Origin: Atopobiaceae bacterium
GTDB taxonomy: Bacteria > Actinomycetota > Coriobacteriia > Coriobacteriales > Atopobiaceae
Reading direction: 5' to 3'
Length of the DNA: 64,000 nt
Assembly (NCBI GenBank): GCA_040307385.1
Contig: JAWRJQ010000099.1
Span: forward strand, 18,122 to 82,121
The notes under the pieces are model-generated. The model had not been told where the DNA came from. It did no database searches and saw only the letters and a list, made by a program, of their open reading frames with translations. Positions 38,473 through 48,443 of the stretch are shown one piece after another. Numbering within the stretch: the first letter of the stretch is position 1; each line of letters starts with the position of its first letter. Made by a program: the position numbers and the translations under genes.

Positions 38473-39048
38473 CTACAGCACCAGAACGCCCAGATGTTCG
38501 AGCAGCACCTTCGTGCCGATGAGAATGAGGATGATGCCGCCCGCCAAGGTGGCGAACCTGCGATGCACGGCTCCGAAGCGATGGCCGATGAGGACCCCTG
38601 CCACGCTCAGGGCAAACGTGGTGATGCCGATGAGGGCCACGGCGGCGACGATATCGATGCTCAGCGATGCGAGCGCAATGCCCGAGGCAAGGGCGTCGAT
38701 GGAGGTGGCCACAGACAGCACGAGCAGCTCCCGGAGGGGCACGCGGGTAACCGAACCCCGCTCGATCTCCTCGTCTTTCGACAGCGCGTCGCAGATCATG
38801 CCGTAGCCGATGAACGCGAGCAGCCCGAACGCGATCCAATGGTCGATGGGGGCGATGAGCCACAGCAGCCGGCTGCCCAGCGCCCAGCCGATAAGCGGCA
38901 TGCCCGCCTGGAAGAGCCCGAACGCGCATGCGATCATAAGGGTTGTCCGCCAGCTGATCCGCTCCATGCCGAGGCCTTTGCAGATGGATACCGAGAATGC
39001 GTCGAGCGAGAGCCCGACGGCAAGCAGCGTCAGTTCGATAAAGCTCAC
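38473..39048 (-). CDS. mntP: Manganese efflux pump MntP
   Basis: LSLDAFSVS and ATSIDALASG repeats. Confidence 0.92.
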   Translation of the reverse strand: MSFIELTLLAVGLSLDAFSVSICKGLGMERISWRTTLMIACAFGLFQAGMPLIGWALGSRLLWLIAPIDHWIAFGLLAFIGYGMICDALSKDEEIERGSVTRVPLRELLVLSVATSIDALASGIALASLSIDIVAAVALIGITTFALSVAGVLIGHRFGAVHRRFATLAGGIILILIGTKVLLEHLGVLVL

Positions 39049-39051
39049 GTT

Positions 39052-40140
39052 CTACTCCAGAATCTCCGCGCAGGAAGCAAGGAGGTCGATGATGGGCAGG
39101 TGCTGAGGACACGCCGCCTCGCACTGCCCGCAGGAAATGCAATCGGAGGCGCGGCCCCCTTCGGCGGTTGCCTCAGCGTACCATGCGCGTGCAGGGGCGG
39201 TCTGCCCGTTGCCCAGATGCTCGTTCATTGCCGAGAAGATGCCGGGAATGTCGATCGTTTGCGGGCAGCCCGCCGTGCAGTAGCCGCACGTCGTGCATGG
39301 GATGATCGCCGATTCGCCGAGCGCGACCTGCGCTTGGCGGATGGTTTCGCGCTCCGAGGCATCGAGGGGCTTGAAGTCGCGCATGAACGAGAGGTTGTCC
39401 GCCATCTGCTCGATGGACGACATGCCCGAGAGCACCGCCATCACGCCGTCGAGCGATGCGGCGAAACGGATAGCCCACGAGGCGGGGGAGGCGTTCGGGT
39501 CGGCGGCTTTCAGGATGCGCGCAACGCTTGAGGGCGGTTTGGCGAGCTTGCCGCCCTTCACCGGCTCCATGATCACGATCTGCTTGCCGTGCGCACGGGC
39601 GACCTCGTAGTTTGCGCGCGATGCGATGCGCGGGTCCTCCCAGTCGGCGTAGTTGATCTGCAGCTGCACGAACTCCGTGTCGGGATGCTTGGTCAGAAGC
39701 TCGTCGAGCAGTTCGGGGCCGTCATGATAGGAAAAGCCCCAATGGCGGACGACGCCCTCGCGCTTGAGCTCGCGCGCGTAATCCCACAGCCCCATGCGGT
39801 CGTACTTGCCCACATTGCCGTCCATGATGGTGTGCAGCAGATAGTAGTCGATGTAGCCCGCTCCGGTGCGGCGCAGGCTCGTCTGGATCTGCTTGCGTGC
39901 AGCCGCTCCGGTGAGTGCGGCGGGAGCGTTGAGCTTGGTGGCGATGGTGAACGTCCCGCGTGCATGGCGCTCGACCAATGCCTTTCTCGTTGCGCTCTCA
40001 GACCCCACGTAGACGAATGCGGTATCGAAATACGTGAAGCCCGCATCGAGGAACATGTCCACCATGGTGCAGGTTTGCGCGATATCGGTGACGAGGCCCT
40101 TGCGCGGCAAGCGCATGAGTCCGAAGCCCAGTTGAGACAC
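39052..40140 (-). CDS. Aldo/keto reductase with a C-terminal 4Fe-4S dicluster
   Basis: LGFGLMRLP, YFDTAFVY, CTTCGYCTAGCP and CISCGQCEAACP motifs. Confidence 0.9.
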   Translation of the reverse strand: MSQLGFGLMRLPRKGLVTDIAQTCTMVDMFLDAGFTYFDTAFVYVGSESATRKALVERHARGTFTIATKLNAPAALTGAAARKQIQTSLRRTGAGYIDYYLLHTIMDGNVGKYDRMGLWDYARELKREGVVRHWGFSYHDGPELLDELLTKHPDTEFVQLQINYADWEDPRIASRANYEVARAHGKQIVIMEPVKGGKLAKPPSSVARILKAADPNASPASWAIRFAASLDGVMAVLSGMSSIEQMADNLSFMRDFKPLDASERETIRQAQVALGESAIIPCTTCGYCTAGCPQTIDIPGIFSAMNEHLGNGQTAPARAWYAEATAEGGRASDCISCGQCEAACPQHLPIIDLLASCAEILE

Positions 40141-40271
40141 AGCTCCCCTTTCTTCGTGTCGCTCTGCCCATGATTGTACCGCTGCCGGTGCGGCAGTGCA
40201 GTCCGCCGCCACCATCGCGCGACGACGATGCTCCTCGTCAGCGTTCGGCAGATACGCTAGAATAGGCACGC

Positions 40272-40347
40272 GCTGGATTAGCTCAGTTGGTAGAGCAGCG
40301 GTCTTGTAAACCGCAGGCCGTCGGTTCGAGTCCGACATCCAGCTCCA
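40272..40347 (+). tRNA. tRNA-Thr(TGT)
   Basis: Cloverleaf, anticodon loop CT-TGT-AA, CCA. Confidence 0.97.
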
Positions 40348-40427
40348 TCTTCTCAGCATATGGGCAGGAGTCCCGTGCGTGCGTGAGGGGCGCTCGGTCC
40401 TGCGATACCGACAGGTGCGAGAGTTCG

Positions 40428-40775
40428 CTACTCAGGCACCTCGATGGAATCGAGCTCCATCTCGTTGCCCTGCAGCAGCACTGTGTCGGGGCTCGCGCAA
40501 TGCGGGCAGATCCTGCCGTGCTCCACGGTGCCGTACGTGCGTCCGCAGCTGTTGCATACCGTGATGGCGGGGACCTGCTCAACGGCGAGTTCGCAGCCGC
40601 GCAGCAGATCGCTTTTGTCGGCGGCCCAGCGCCAGCAATCCTGCAGGTAGTCGGGTAGGACGCCCGACACCTCGCCCAACCTCAGGTTGACCTTGGCCAC
40701 GGAGCTGAGGGCGTTTTCGCGCCCCAGCTCCTCGACCATGTCCACAATATAGAAGACGATGCCCAGCTCGTGCAT
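40428..40775 (-). CDS. hypA: Nickel metallochaperone HypA
   Basis: N-terminal MHE Ni motif; CNSC and CPHC Zn motifs; ..QGNEMEL.SIEV tail. Confidence 0.93.
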   Translation of the reverse strand: MHELGIVFYIVDMVEELGRENALSSVAKVNLRLGEVSGVLPDYLQDCWRWAADKSDLLRGCELAVEQVPAITVCNSCGRTYGTVEHGRICPHCASPDTVLLQGNEMELDSIEVPE

Positions 40776-40776
40776 G

Positions 40777-43700
40777 CTACTTCTTGGCCCTGCCCGAGAT
40801 CTTGTTGCGTATGATCTTGACGCCGCGCTTGGCCGCATACGGCAGGATGGCCTTGACCTTGTCTTCGGCAGCGTACATCGTGCTCGCCTCGGGATGGTCG
40901 CGGCGCAGGTGGATGGCATCGAACTCGCAGCGCGTGGTGCATAGGCCGCAACCGATGCACTTGTTGGCGTCCACCACGGACTTGCCGCACTTGAGGCAGC
41001 GCGCGCACTCGACCTTGAGCTGCTCTTCGGTGAAGACCGCGCGCGGGTCGTCCCAGTTATGCACGATGGAGGCCACCTTGGAGGTGGCGGGAACCTGGCG
41101 GCCGGAGTGATCGTAGCCGTTGTTCGCGAGGTCGATGTCGCTCTTGTCGAGCTCCACATAGTAGCGCTGGTTGCGCGACAGCGTGAGCGATGAGCCGGAC
41201 TGCACGAAGCGATGCAGCGAGATGGCGGCCTCATGGCCTGCTGCGATGGCGTCGATGATGAACTTCGGGCCGGTGTAGGCGTCGCCGCCGATAAAGATGT
41301 CGGGCTGCAGGGTCTGATAGGTCTTGGGGTCGGCGGCCACGCGCCCGCCGCGTCCCGCATCGATGGCGTCCTCGTTCACGAGCAGGTCGCCCCACTCGAT
41401 GCTCTGACCGATGGAGAGCACCACGTTCTCGCAGGCCAACGTCATGGTATCGCTCTCATCGTATTCAGGCGAGAAGCGCCCCTCGTCGTCGTAGACGCGC
41501 GTGCAGCGCTTGAAGACGATTCCCGCGACCGTGCCGTCCTCGGCGACCTCGATCTTGGCCGGGCCCCAACCGTTCACGATCTCCACGCCGTCCTCTTCGG
41601 CCTCCGCGATCTCTCCGGGCAGCGCCGGCATCTCGTCGCGCTGCTCGAGGCAGACCATGGTGACCTTGTCGGAGCCGCAGCGCACGGAGACGCGCGATGA
41701 GTCGATGGCCACGTTGCCGCCGCCCACCACCACAGTTGCGCCTGCAACCTCGTGCGCGGGGTCGTCGAGGGCGGTGCGCAGGAAATCGACGGCGGTGGAG
41801 ACGCCTGCAGCGTCTTCGCCCTCAACGCCGGCGCGGCGGCCTCCCTGGCATCCGATGGCCAGGTAGAAGCCCTGATAGCCCTCGTCGCGCAGTTGATCGA
41901 TGGTGACGTCCTTGCCCACGGTCACGCCGCAGCGGATCTCGACGCCCATTTCGCGCAGGATGTCGATCTCAGCCGCAACGACATCCTTCTCCAGCTTGTA
42001 GGAGGGGATGCCGTAGACCATCATGCCGCCGGGCTTCTCGTCCTTCTCGAACACGGTGGGGTTGTAGCCCATCTGCGCCAGATAGAACGCGCAGGAGAGG
42101 CCCGCCGGTCCGCCGCCGATGATGGCGATCTTCTCGAGCAGGCGTCCGCGCGTGGAGGGGATCACGGGCTCGGGCACGTAGCGGGTCTCGGCGTCGAGGT
42201 CCTTCTGCGCGATGAAGTTCTTGACGTCGTCGATGGCCACGGCCTCATCGACGGTGCCGCGCGTGCAGGCGTCCTCGCAGCGCTTGTTGCACACGCGCCC
42301 GCAGACGGCGGGGAAGGGGTTCTCCTGCTTGATGAGGGCGAGCGCGTCGCGATAGCGGCCCTCGCTGGCCATCTGCAGATACCCTTGGATCGAGATGTGC
42401 GCGGGGCAGGCGGTCTTGCAGGGCGCCGTGCCGGTCTCATGCGTCTCGATGCGGTTGTTGTTCTTGTAGTCAAGGTCCCAGTTCTTCTCGCTCCAGGGCA
42501 GCTCGTCGGGCAGGGGCTGCGTAGGATACGCCACGGCGTCGCCGCTCGAACGCGGGAGCTTCTGGCCCAGCTGGACGGCGCCGGCGGGGCAGACCTCGAC
42601 GCACCCGCCGCAGGCAACGCACCGGTCGTCCTCGATATGGGCGCGATACGCGCTCGCGCTCATGTTGGGGGTGTTGAAGAGCTGCGAGGTGCGCAGCGCG
42701 TAGCACACGCTCACGTCGCAGTTGCAGATGGCGAAGATCTTGTTCTCGCCGTCTATGTTGGTGATCTGGTGCACGTAGCCGTTCTTCTCGGCCTCGAGCA
42801 GGATGTCGATGAACTCGTCGTAGGTGACGTAGTGGCCCTTGCCGGTTTCGACGCAGTAGTCGGCCATGTCGCCCACGCCCAGGCACCAGTTCTGCGGATC
42901 GCGCCCGCCGTTGTCGCCGCGCGCACGTTCGGAGAGGGCGCACGAGCAGGCACCGGCGGAGTAGCGGTCGTACTTCTTGAGCCAATGCGAGATGTGCTCC
43001 ACATCGGCCGTGACGTTCTCCTGTTTGATGGCGTGTTCGACGGGGATGACATGCATGCCGATGCCCGCGCCTCCGGGCGGCACCATCTTGGTCGCCACCG
43101 TGAGCGGCAAAAAGGTCATGCGCTCGAAGAAGGTGCCGATCTCGGGATGTTCCTCGAGCTGCTTCTGATTCATGACGGTGAACTCGGCGGAGCCGGGCAC
43201 GAACATCGGGAGCACGTAGCGCTTCGCGCCCTCGGGGTTCTTGCCGTCGAGGTTCTCCCAGCTGTACTCGATGATCCCCTTGATGCAGAGGGCGTCGAGC
43301 AGCTCCTGCACGTGCTCGGGCTTCATGCCGGAGCCGGCGACGACCTGCTCGAAGGTTTCGGGCACGCGCACCTTCATATGCTTGGTGAGCTCGGCCTCCT
43401 CCTCGGTCATCACGCTGCCGAGGCCCCAGTAGTCGGGGTCTTGGTAGGTGGCCTTCTTGAGGCCCAGCTTGATGGGCAGGCGATCGGTGATCTTCTTGCC
43501 CTCGCGGAGCACGGCCGGCTTGGGCGCGGCGAAGGCAGCCGGACCCGGATCGTCGGGCGATGCGGGCTTGTAGCTCGTGAACGTAGTGTTCTCGGAATAG
43601 TATTCCTCGGCGATGATACGATGGGGATCGCCGTTGGGGGCCGTCTCGGGGATGGCGTTGCGCGCCGCGATCTCCTCATCGGTGAGCGTGCCGCGCATGG

Positions 43701-43779
43701 AAGCGGCGCGTTCCTCCACGGTTGCGCCGCCATAGGGTTTCTTCGGTCGCGGCGTCTTCCTGCCGGGTGTTTCAGCCAT
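40777..43779 (-). CDS. Multidomain Fe-S flavoprotein (Cys-rich N-domain + ferredoxin + GltD-like FAD/NAD(P) oxidoreductase + ferredoxin)
   Basis: CVACGGCVEVCP, APCKTACP, CGRVCNKRCEDAC, GGGPAG, VVGGGNVA, RCLKC and CIGCGLCTTRC motifs. Confidence 0.88.
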   Translation of the reverse strand: MAETPGRKTPRPKKPYGGATVEERAASMRGTLTDEEIAARNAIPETAPNGDPHRIIAEEYYSENTTFTSYKPASPDDPGPAAFAAPKPAVLREGKKITDRLPIKLGLKKATYQDPDYWGLGSVMTEEEAELTKHMKVRVPETFEQVVAGSGMKPEHVQELLDALCIKGIIEYSWENLDGKNPEGAKRYVLPMFVPGSAEFTVMNQKQLEEHPEIGTFFERMTFLPLTVATKMVPPGGAGIGMHVIPVEHAIKQENVTADVEHISHWLKKYDRYSAGACSCALSERARGDNGGRDPQNWCLGVGDMADYCVETGKGHYVTYDEFIDILLEAEKNGYVHQITNIDGENKIFAICNCDVSVCYALRTSQLFNTPNMSASAYRAHIEDDRCVACGGCVEVCPAGAVQLGQKLPRSSGDAVAYPTQPLPDELPWSEKNWDLDYKNNNRIETHETGTAPCKTACPAHISIQGYLQMASEGRYRDALALIKQENPFPAVCGRVCNKRCEDACTRGTVDEAVAIDDVKNFIAQKDLDAETRYVPEPVIPSTRGRLLEKIAIIGGGPAGLSCAFYLAQMGYNPTVFEKDEKPGGMMVYGIPSYKLEKDVVAAEIDILREMGVEIRCGVTVGKDVTIDQLRDEGYQGFYLAIGCQGGRRAGVEGEDAAGVSTAVDFLRTALDDPAHEVAGATVVVGGGNVAIDSSRVSVRCGSDKVTMVCLEQRDEMPALPGEIAEAEEDGVEIVNGWGPAKIEVAEDGTVAGIVFKRCTRVYDDEGRFSPEYDESDTMTLACENVVLSIGQSIEWGDLLVNEDAIDAGRGGRVAADPKTYQTLQPDIFIGGDAYTGPKFIIDAIAAGHEAAISLHRFVQSGSSLTLSRNQRYYVELDKSDIDLANNGYDHSGRQVPATSKVASIVHNWDDPRAVFTEEQLKVECARCLKCGKSVVDANKCIGCGLCTTRCEFDAIHLRRDHPEASTMYAAEDKVKAILPYAAKRGVKIIRNKISGRAKK

Positions 43780-43844
43780 ATCCTCTCCTTTTTGGCCGGA
43801 TTACCTGTATGATCGCCCGCATCCGGGCGTGCGTGCGAGATGTG

Positions 43845-44513
43845 CTAGGCCTTGTGCGCTGCCACCTGGTCGCGCAGCCACCGATACCACTCGTCCATGC
43901 CCTCGCCGGTCTTGGCACAAACGGGGATCACGCGGGCGCCGGGGTGGCGCTTCTCCACGTTTGCACGGCATGCATCGAGGTCGAAGTCGAAGTAGGGGAG
44001 CACGTCGATCTTGTTGACGAGAACCACGTCGCAGACCTGGTACATGAGCGGGTATTTGAGGGGCTTGTCGTCTCCCTCGGGAACCGACAGGATGGTCGCG
44101 TTGACGGCGGCACCGGTATCGAACTCGGCGGGGCACACGAGGTTGCCCACGTTCTCGAGGACGATCAGGTCGGCCTCGTGGGCGTCGAGGCCGTCGAGGC
44201 CCTGCTCGCACATGCTGGCATCGAGATGGCACATGCCGCCCGTATGCAGCTGGATCACCTTGGCGCCGGTGGCGGAGATGGCGGCAGCGTCCACGTCGGA
44301 GTCGATGTCGGCCTCCATGACGGCGATCTTCATCTCGCCGGAAAGCGCCTCGATGGTGCGGGCGAGCACGGTTGTTTTGCCCGATCCGGGCGAGCTCATG
44401 AGGTTGATGAGCAGCTGGCCGCGAGCCTTGAGCTTGGCGCGCAGCTCGTCGGCGCGGCGGTCGTTGTTGGCACGCACGGCCTCCTTGACCTCGATAACGC
44501 GGTAGTTCTCCAT
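43845..44513 (-). CDS. hypB: Nickel-insertion GTPase HypB
   Basis: SSPGSGKTT, TGGMCHLDA, ENVGNLVCPAEFD, EGDDKP.KYP and NKID motifs. Confidence 0.95.
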   Translation of the reverse strand: MENYRVIEVKEAVRANNDRRADELRAKLKARGQLLINLMSSPGSGKTTVLARTIEALSGEMKIAVMEADIDSDVDAAAISATGAKVIQLHTGGMCHLDASMCEQGLDGLDAHEADLIVLENVGNLVCPAEFDTGAAVNATILSVPEGDDKPLKYPLMYQVCDVVLVNKIDVLPYFDFDLDACRANVEKRHPGARVIPVCAKTGEGMDEWYRWLRDQVAAHKA

Positions 44514-44628
44514 AGGCCTTCTCCTTAAGGCTATTCATTCTTCATATAAATATATACGAGTATGGGCTACAGCGCGGGGCGGCTTCTTTCCCCATGCGCC
44601 TCGCCGATGCCGTGGTCGGCGCGGTGCG

Positions 44629-45213
44629 CTATGCGATGACCTCGTCCTTGGGACGGAAGATGATCGAGATGAGCGCAGCGTCCTCGCCGTCGATGGCGAT
44701 CATGCCGTATTCGCGGCCGGAATCGAAATAGAGGGTGTCGCCGGCGGAGACCTCCTCGACGTGGTCTTCGAAGGCGTAGCGCAGGCGCCCCTTGAGGATG
44801 TAGTCGAACTCCTGGCCCTTGTGGTGGGACAGGGCGATAGGGGCGTCTTCCAGCTCTTCGTTGTAGGGCACCTCGATGTAGAAGGGCTCGCCGATACGGT
44901 TTTTGAAGAACGGAGCCTTATGCAGGTAGTTGAGGCCGTCGGGGCTCTCCACCGGCAACCCGTCCCCGGCGCGCACGATGGAGTAGTGCTTGAGGCGCGG
45001 GCTTTCGCTGGTGAGCAGGTCCACCACGTCGACGCCCAGCTTGGCGGCGCACTTGTAGATGAAGGTGAAGGTGAGGTCGTGCTCGCCGCTCTCGAGGGAT
45101 GCGTAGACCTCGGGCGTGCGGCTGGTTGCGCGGGCCATCTCCTCGATGGAGACGCCGTTGTCCTCGCGCAGCGATCTGATGCGGTCGGCGACTTCGCGGA
45201 TGTGCTCGGCCAT
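44629..45213 (-). CDS. XRE-family HTH regulator with a cupin sensor domain
   Basis: N-terminal XRE HTH; HKGQEFDYILKG and GDTLYFDS cupin motifs. Confidence 0.9.
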   Translation of the reverse strand: MAEHIREVADRIRSLREDNGVSIEEMARATSRTPEVYASLESGEHDLTFTFIYKCAAKLGVDVVDLLTSESPRLKHYSIVRAGDGLPVESPDGLNYLHKAPFFKNRIGEPFYIEVPYNEELEDAPIALSHHKGQEFDYILKGRLRYAFEDHVEEVSAGDTLYFDSGREYGMIAIDGEDAALISIIFRPKDEVIA

Positions 45214-45416
45214 GGGTCTTCTCCTCGGGCGGAAGCGAACGGTCCCGTTTATCATACGTCATCTCCGCGCACGCCCGGCGCATCGAACGGCCAGCGTATC
45301 GGCTTTGTTACGTCCTGCGAGCGGGTTTTGGCGCCCCGCGCGCGTATGATATAACTGTGTGCACGTTACATGCGGGGTGCATCCGAGCATCCGGCGCCGT
45401 GGAGGGAGGGCGTAAC

Positions 45417-45488
45417 ATGATCGACCGTGCTCGACTCAGCGTCCTCGCTGCTCCTGTTGCCGGCTCCGCCGGCGTCCTCGTAGGGTAA
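45417..45488 (+). other. Putative 23-aa leader peptide MIDRARLSVLAAPVAGSAGVLVG
   Basis: GGAGGGAGG RBS before the ATG; hairpin GGCGCAGCC/GGCTGTGCC just downstream. Confidence 0.35.
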
Positions 45489-45572
45489 GGCGCAGCCTGT
45501 CGCAACCGGCTGTGCCGAAAACCTCGAGCCGCGCCGTTGCGTACCCACCCCGCCCTCAGGAGATTCGATCGT

Positions 45573-47318
45573 ATGCTCAACATCCACAGACGCTATTGCA
45601 CCGAGACCTTCGATACCGCAGGAAACCTGGCCAGCTTTCGCATCCACGTCCCCGTAGACTTCAATTTCGCATACGACGTCATCGACACGATCGGCGCGGC
45701 GGAGCCCGAGCGGCGCGCCATGCTCTGGAGCAACCCCGAGGGGGAGGAGCACCTATTCACCTTCGCGGATCTCGCGCACCTCTCCAACAAGGCCGCCAAC
45801 TACCTGCTCTCGCAGGGCATCGGCAAGGGCGATAAGGTCATGGTGATCCTGCGCCGCCACTATGCGTTCTGGGTGACGGCGCTCGCGCTGCACAAGATCG
45901 GCGCGACGGTCATTCCCGCCACGTTCATGCTCAAGGAGCATGACGTGGTGTATCGCATCAGGGCGGCGGGCGTGAAGGCCGTCGTCGCCACCACCGTGGG
46001 CGCCATCGCGCAGATCATCGACGACGCATGTGCGCTTCTCAACGAGGATGAGCGCCCCCTGCTCTTTCTCATGAACGGCTCGCAGTACGATATTTCCAGC
46101 TCGGAGGGGACATCGTATGGCGCTGCGCTCTCGGGACCGGCGCTCTCGGGCCCCGAAGGCCTCTTCGCGGCCACCTGCGCACGCTCCGGATGGATCGATT
46201 ACGGAGCCGGTGTGCGCGCGGCCGGCGACGCCCTCGAACGCATTCCCACGCACGTCGACGACCCCATGCTCATCTACTTCACGAGCGGAACCTCGGGCGA
46301 GCCCAAGATGGCGCTCCACGGCCACGACTACGCCGCCGCCCATCTCACCACGGCGAAATGGTGGCACGGCGTCACGCCCGACAGCGTTCACATGACCATC
46401 GCCGACACCGGCTGGGCCAAGTGCACGTGGGGCAAGTTCTACGGCCAGTGGTTCATGGAGGGCTGCCAGGTGGTCTACGACTTCGACCGCTTCCACGGCG
46501 GCGAGCTCCTTGCGCTTATCGGCACGCATCGCATCACCACGTTCTGCTGCCCGCCCACCATGTGGCGCCTCCTCTCCAAGGAGGACGTGGACGCCTACGA
46601 CTTCTCGTCGATCGAACGCTTCACCACGGCGGGCGAGGCGCTGCCGCCCGATCAGTTCGATTTCTGGCTCGAGCACACCGGGCTTCCCATCTATGAGGGC
46701 TTCGGCCAGTCGGAGAGCCCGGTCATCGTGGCCAACATGATCGGCTGCAAGCCGCGTCCCGGATCCATGGGCAAGCCCATGCCCTTCGGCAACATCAAGC
46801 TGCTGCGCGAGGACCTCTCCGTGTGCGATCCCGGCGAGGAAGGCGAGATCTGCATCAAGTGCGATCCCAAGCCTGCGGGCATCATCCACGAGTATTACCG
46901 CGATCCCGAGAAAACCGCCGAGGTGTTCCGTGGCGGCTGGTACCACACGGGCGACGTCGCCTATGCCGACGAGAGCGGCTACTACTATTACTGCGGTCGC
47001 AACGACGACCTCATCAAATCGAGCGGTTACCGCATCTCGCCCTTCGAGGTGGAGAGCGCCCTCAACTGCCATCCGTCCGTGCACGAGTGCGCGGTGACGG
47101 CCGTGCCCGACCCGCTGCGCGGCTTCGCCGTCAAGGCAACCGTGGTGCTCGAGCCCGGCGTCGCGGGATCCGATGAGCTCACGCGCGAACTGCAGGTGTG
47201 GGCCAAGCAGCAGACCGCGCCCTACAAGTTCCCGCGCATCATCGAGTACGTGGACTCGCTCCCCAAGACCTTCTCGGGCAAGATCCGCCGCGCCCGTATC
47301 CGCGAGAACGACAGCTAG
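45573..47318 (+). CDS. AMP-binding acyl-CoA synthetase
   Basis: YFTSGTSGEPK, YEGFGQSE, YHTGD, GRNDDLIKSSGYRI and LPKTFSGK motifs. Confidence 0.93.
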   Translation: MLNIHRRYCTETFDTAGNLASFRIHVPVDFNFAYDVIDTIGAAEPERRAMLWSNPEGEEHLFTFADLAHLSNKAANYLLSQGIGKGDKVMVILRRHYAFWVTALALHKIGATVIPATFMLKEHDVVYRIRAAGVKAVVATTVGAIAQIIDDACALLNEDERPLLFLMNGSQYDISSSEGTSYGAALSGPALSGPEGLFAATCARSGWIDYGAGVRAAGDALERIPTHVDDPMLIYFTSGTSGEPKMALHGHDYAAAHLTTAKWWHGVTPDSVHMTIADTGWAKCTWGKFYGQWFMEGCQVVYDFDRFHGGELLALIGTHRITTFCCPPTMWRLLSKEDVDAYDFSSIERFTTAGEALPPDQFDFWLEHTGLPIYEGFGQSESPVIVANMIGCKPRPGSMGKPMPFGNIKLLREDLSVCDPGEEGEICIKCDPKPAGIIHEYYRDPEKTAEVFRGGWYHTGDVAYADESGYYYYCGRNDDLIKSSGYRISPFEVESALNCHPSVHECAVTAVPDPLRGFAVKATVVLEPGVAGSDELTRELQVWAKQQTAPYKFPRIIEYVDSLPKTFSGKIRRARIRENDS

Positions 47319-47321
47319 CAG

Positions 47322-47369
47322 CCCCCGTCCAGGGAGTATCCCCCTGTGGGGGAGTATCCCCGGACGGGG
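47322..47369. repeat. GGGAGTATCCCC tandem hairpin repeat
   Basis: Units at 47332 and 47350 inside a CCCCGTCC/GGACGGGG stem. Confidence 0.7.
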
Positions 47370-47395
47370 AGGGATACGCCCGGAGCCGTGGCGTG

Positions 47396-47424
47396 TTGAC
47401 AACTGCTTTTTGCAGGCATAAAGT
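47396..47424 (+). promoter_or_regulatory. Sigma70-type promoter of the str operon
   Basis: TTGACA-N17-TAAAGT. Confidence 0.75.
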
Positions 47425-47528
47425 TTTTCTTTGCGCTAACTCAGGGCAAGCGGTGCTGCGCTTCCCTTCAAGGTACTATTCGTGCACGTCAACATATGCA
47501 AGATCATTTTTTCGAGAAGGAGTGAACG

Positions 47529-47903
<375 letters not shown>

Positions 47904-47949
47904 TGCGCCCACGTCAGACCACCATTCGATTCTTTGAGGAGAAATAACT

Positions 47950-48423
47950 ATGCCGCGTCGTTCAACCGCAGTCCATCGTCGCGAGGTCATGCCTGACGTG
48001 AAATACAACAACCGTCTTGTGACCCAGCTCATCAACAAGGTCCTTCTCGACGGCAAGAAGTCCGTCGCCGAGCGCATCGTCTACAGCGCGTTCGACATCG
48101 TCGCCGCCAAGACGGGCGAGGACGCCCTCGCCACGTTCAAGAAGGCCATGGACAACGTCCGTCCCACCGTCGAGCTCAAGCCCCGCCGCGTCGGCGGCGC
48201 CACCTACCAGGTGCCCATGGAGGTCAACTCCCGCCGCTCCACCACGCTCGCCATCCGCTGGATGGTCGGCTTCAGCCGTGCCCGCAAGGAGAAGACCATG
48301 GCCGAGCGCCTTGCCAACGAGATCATCGACGCATCCAACGGCGTCGGCGCCTCCGTCAAGCGTCGCGAGGACGTCTTCAAGATGGCCGAGGCCAACCGCG
48401 CCTTCGCGCACTACCGCTATTAA
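47950..48423 (+). CDS. rpsG: 30S ribosomal protein S7
   Basis: [11 protein letters not shown] and ANRAFAHYR. Confidence 0.99.
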   Translation: MPRRSTAVHRREVMPDVKYNNRLVTQLINKVLLDGKKSVAERIVYSAFDIVAAKTGEDALATFKKAMDNVRPTVELKPRRVGGATYQVPMEVNSRRSTTLAIRWMVGFSRARKEKTMAERLANEIIDASNGVGASVKRREDVFKMAEANRAFAHYRY

Positions 48424-48443
48424 GCTCGTGAGGAATCATTGAT

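Noticed and set aside
39040-39060. yybP-ykoY manganese riboswitch upstream of mntP
   Set aside because: mntP starts 3 nt after the upstream gene's stop, leaving no room for a leader.
44520-44575. AT-rich stretch upstream of hypB as a NikR operator
   Set aside because: It does not match GTATGA-N16-TCATAC and is explained as promoter sequence.
46125-46154. 15-bp tandem duplication (ALSGP x2) in the acyl-CoA synthetase
   Set aside because: In-frame micro-duplication in a probable loop, with no evidence of function.
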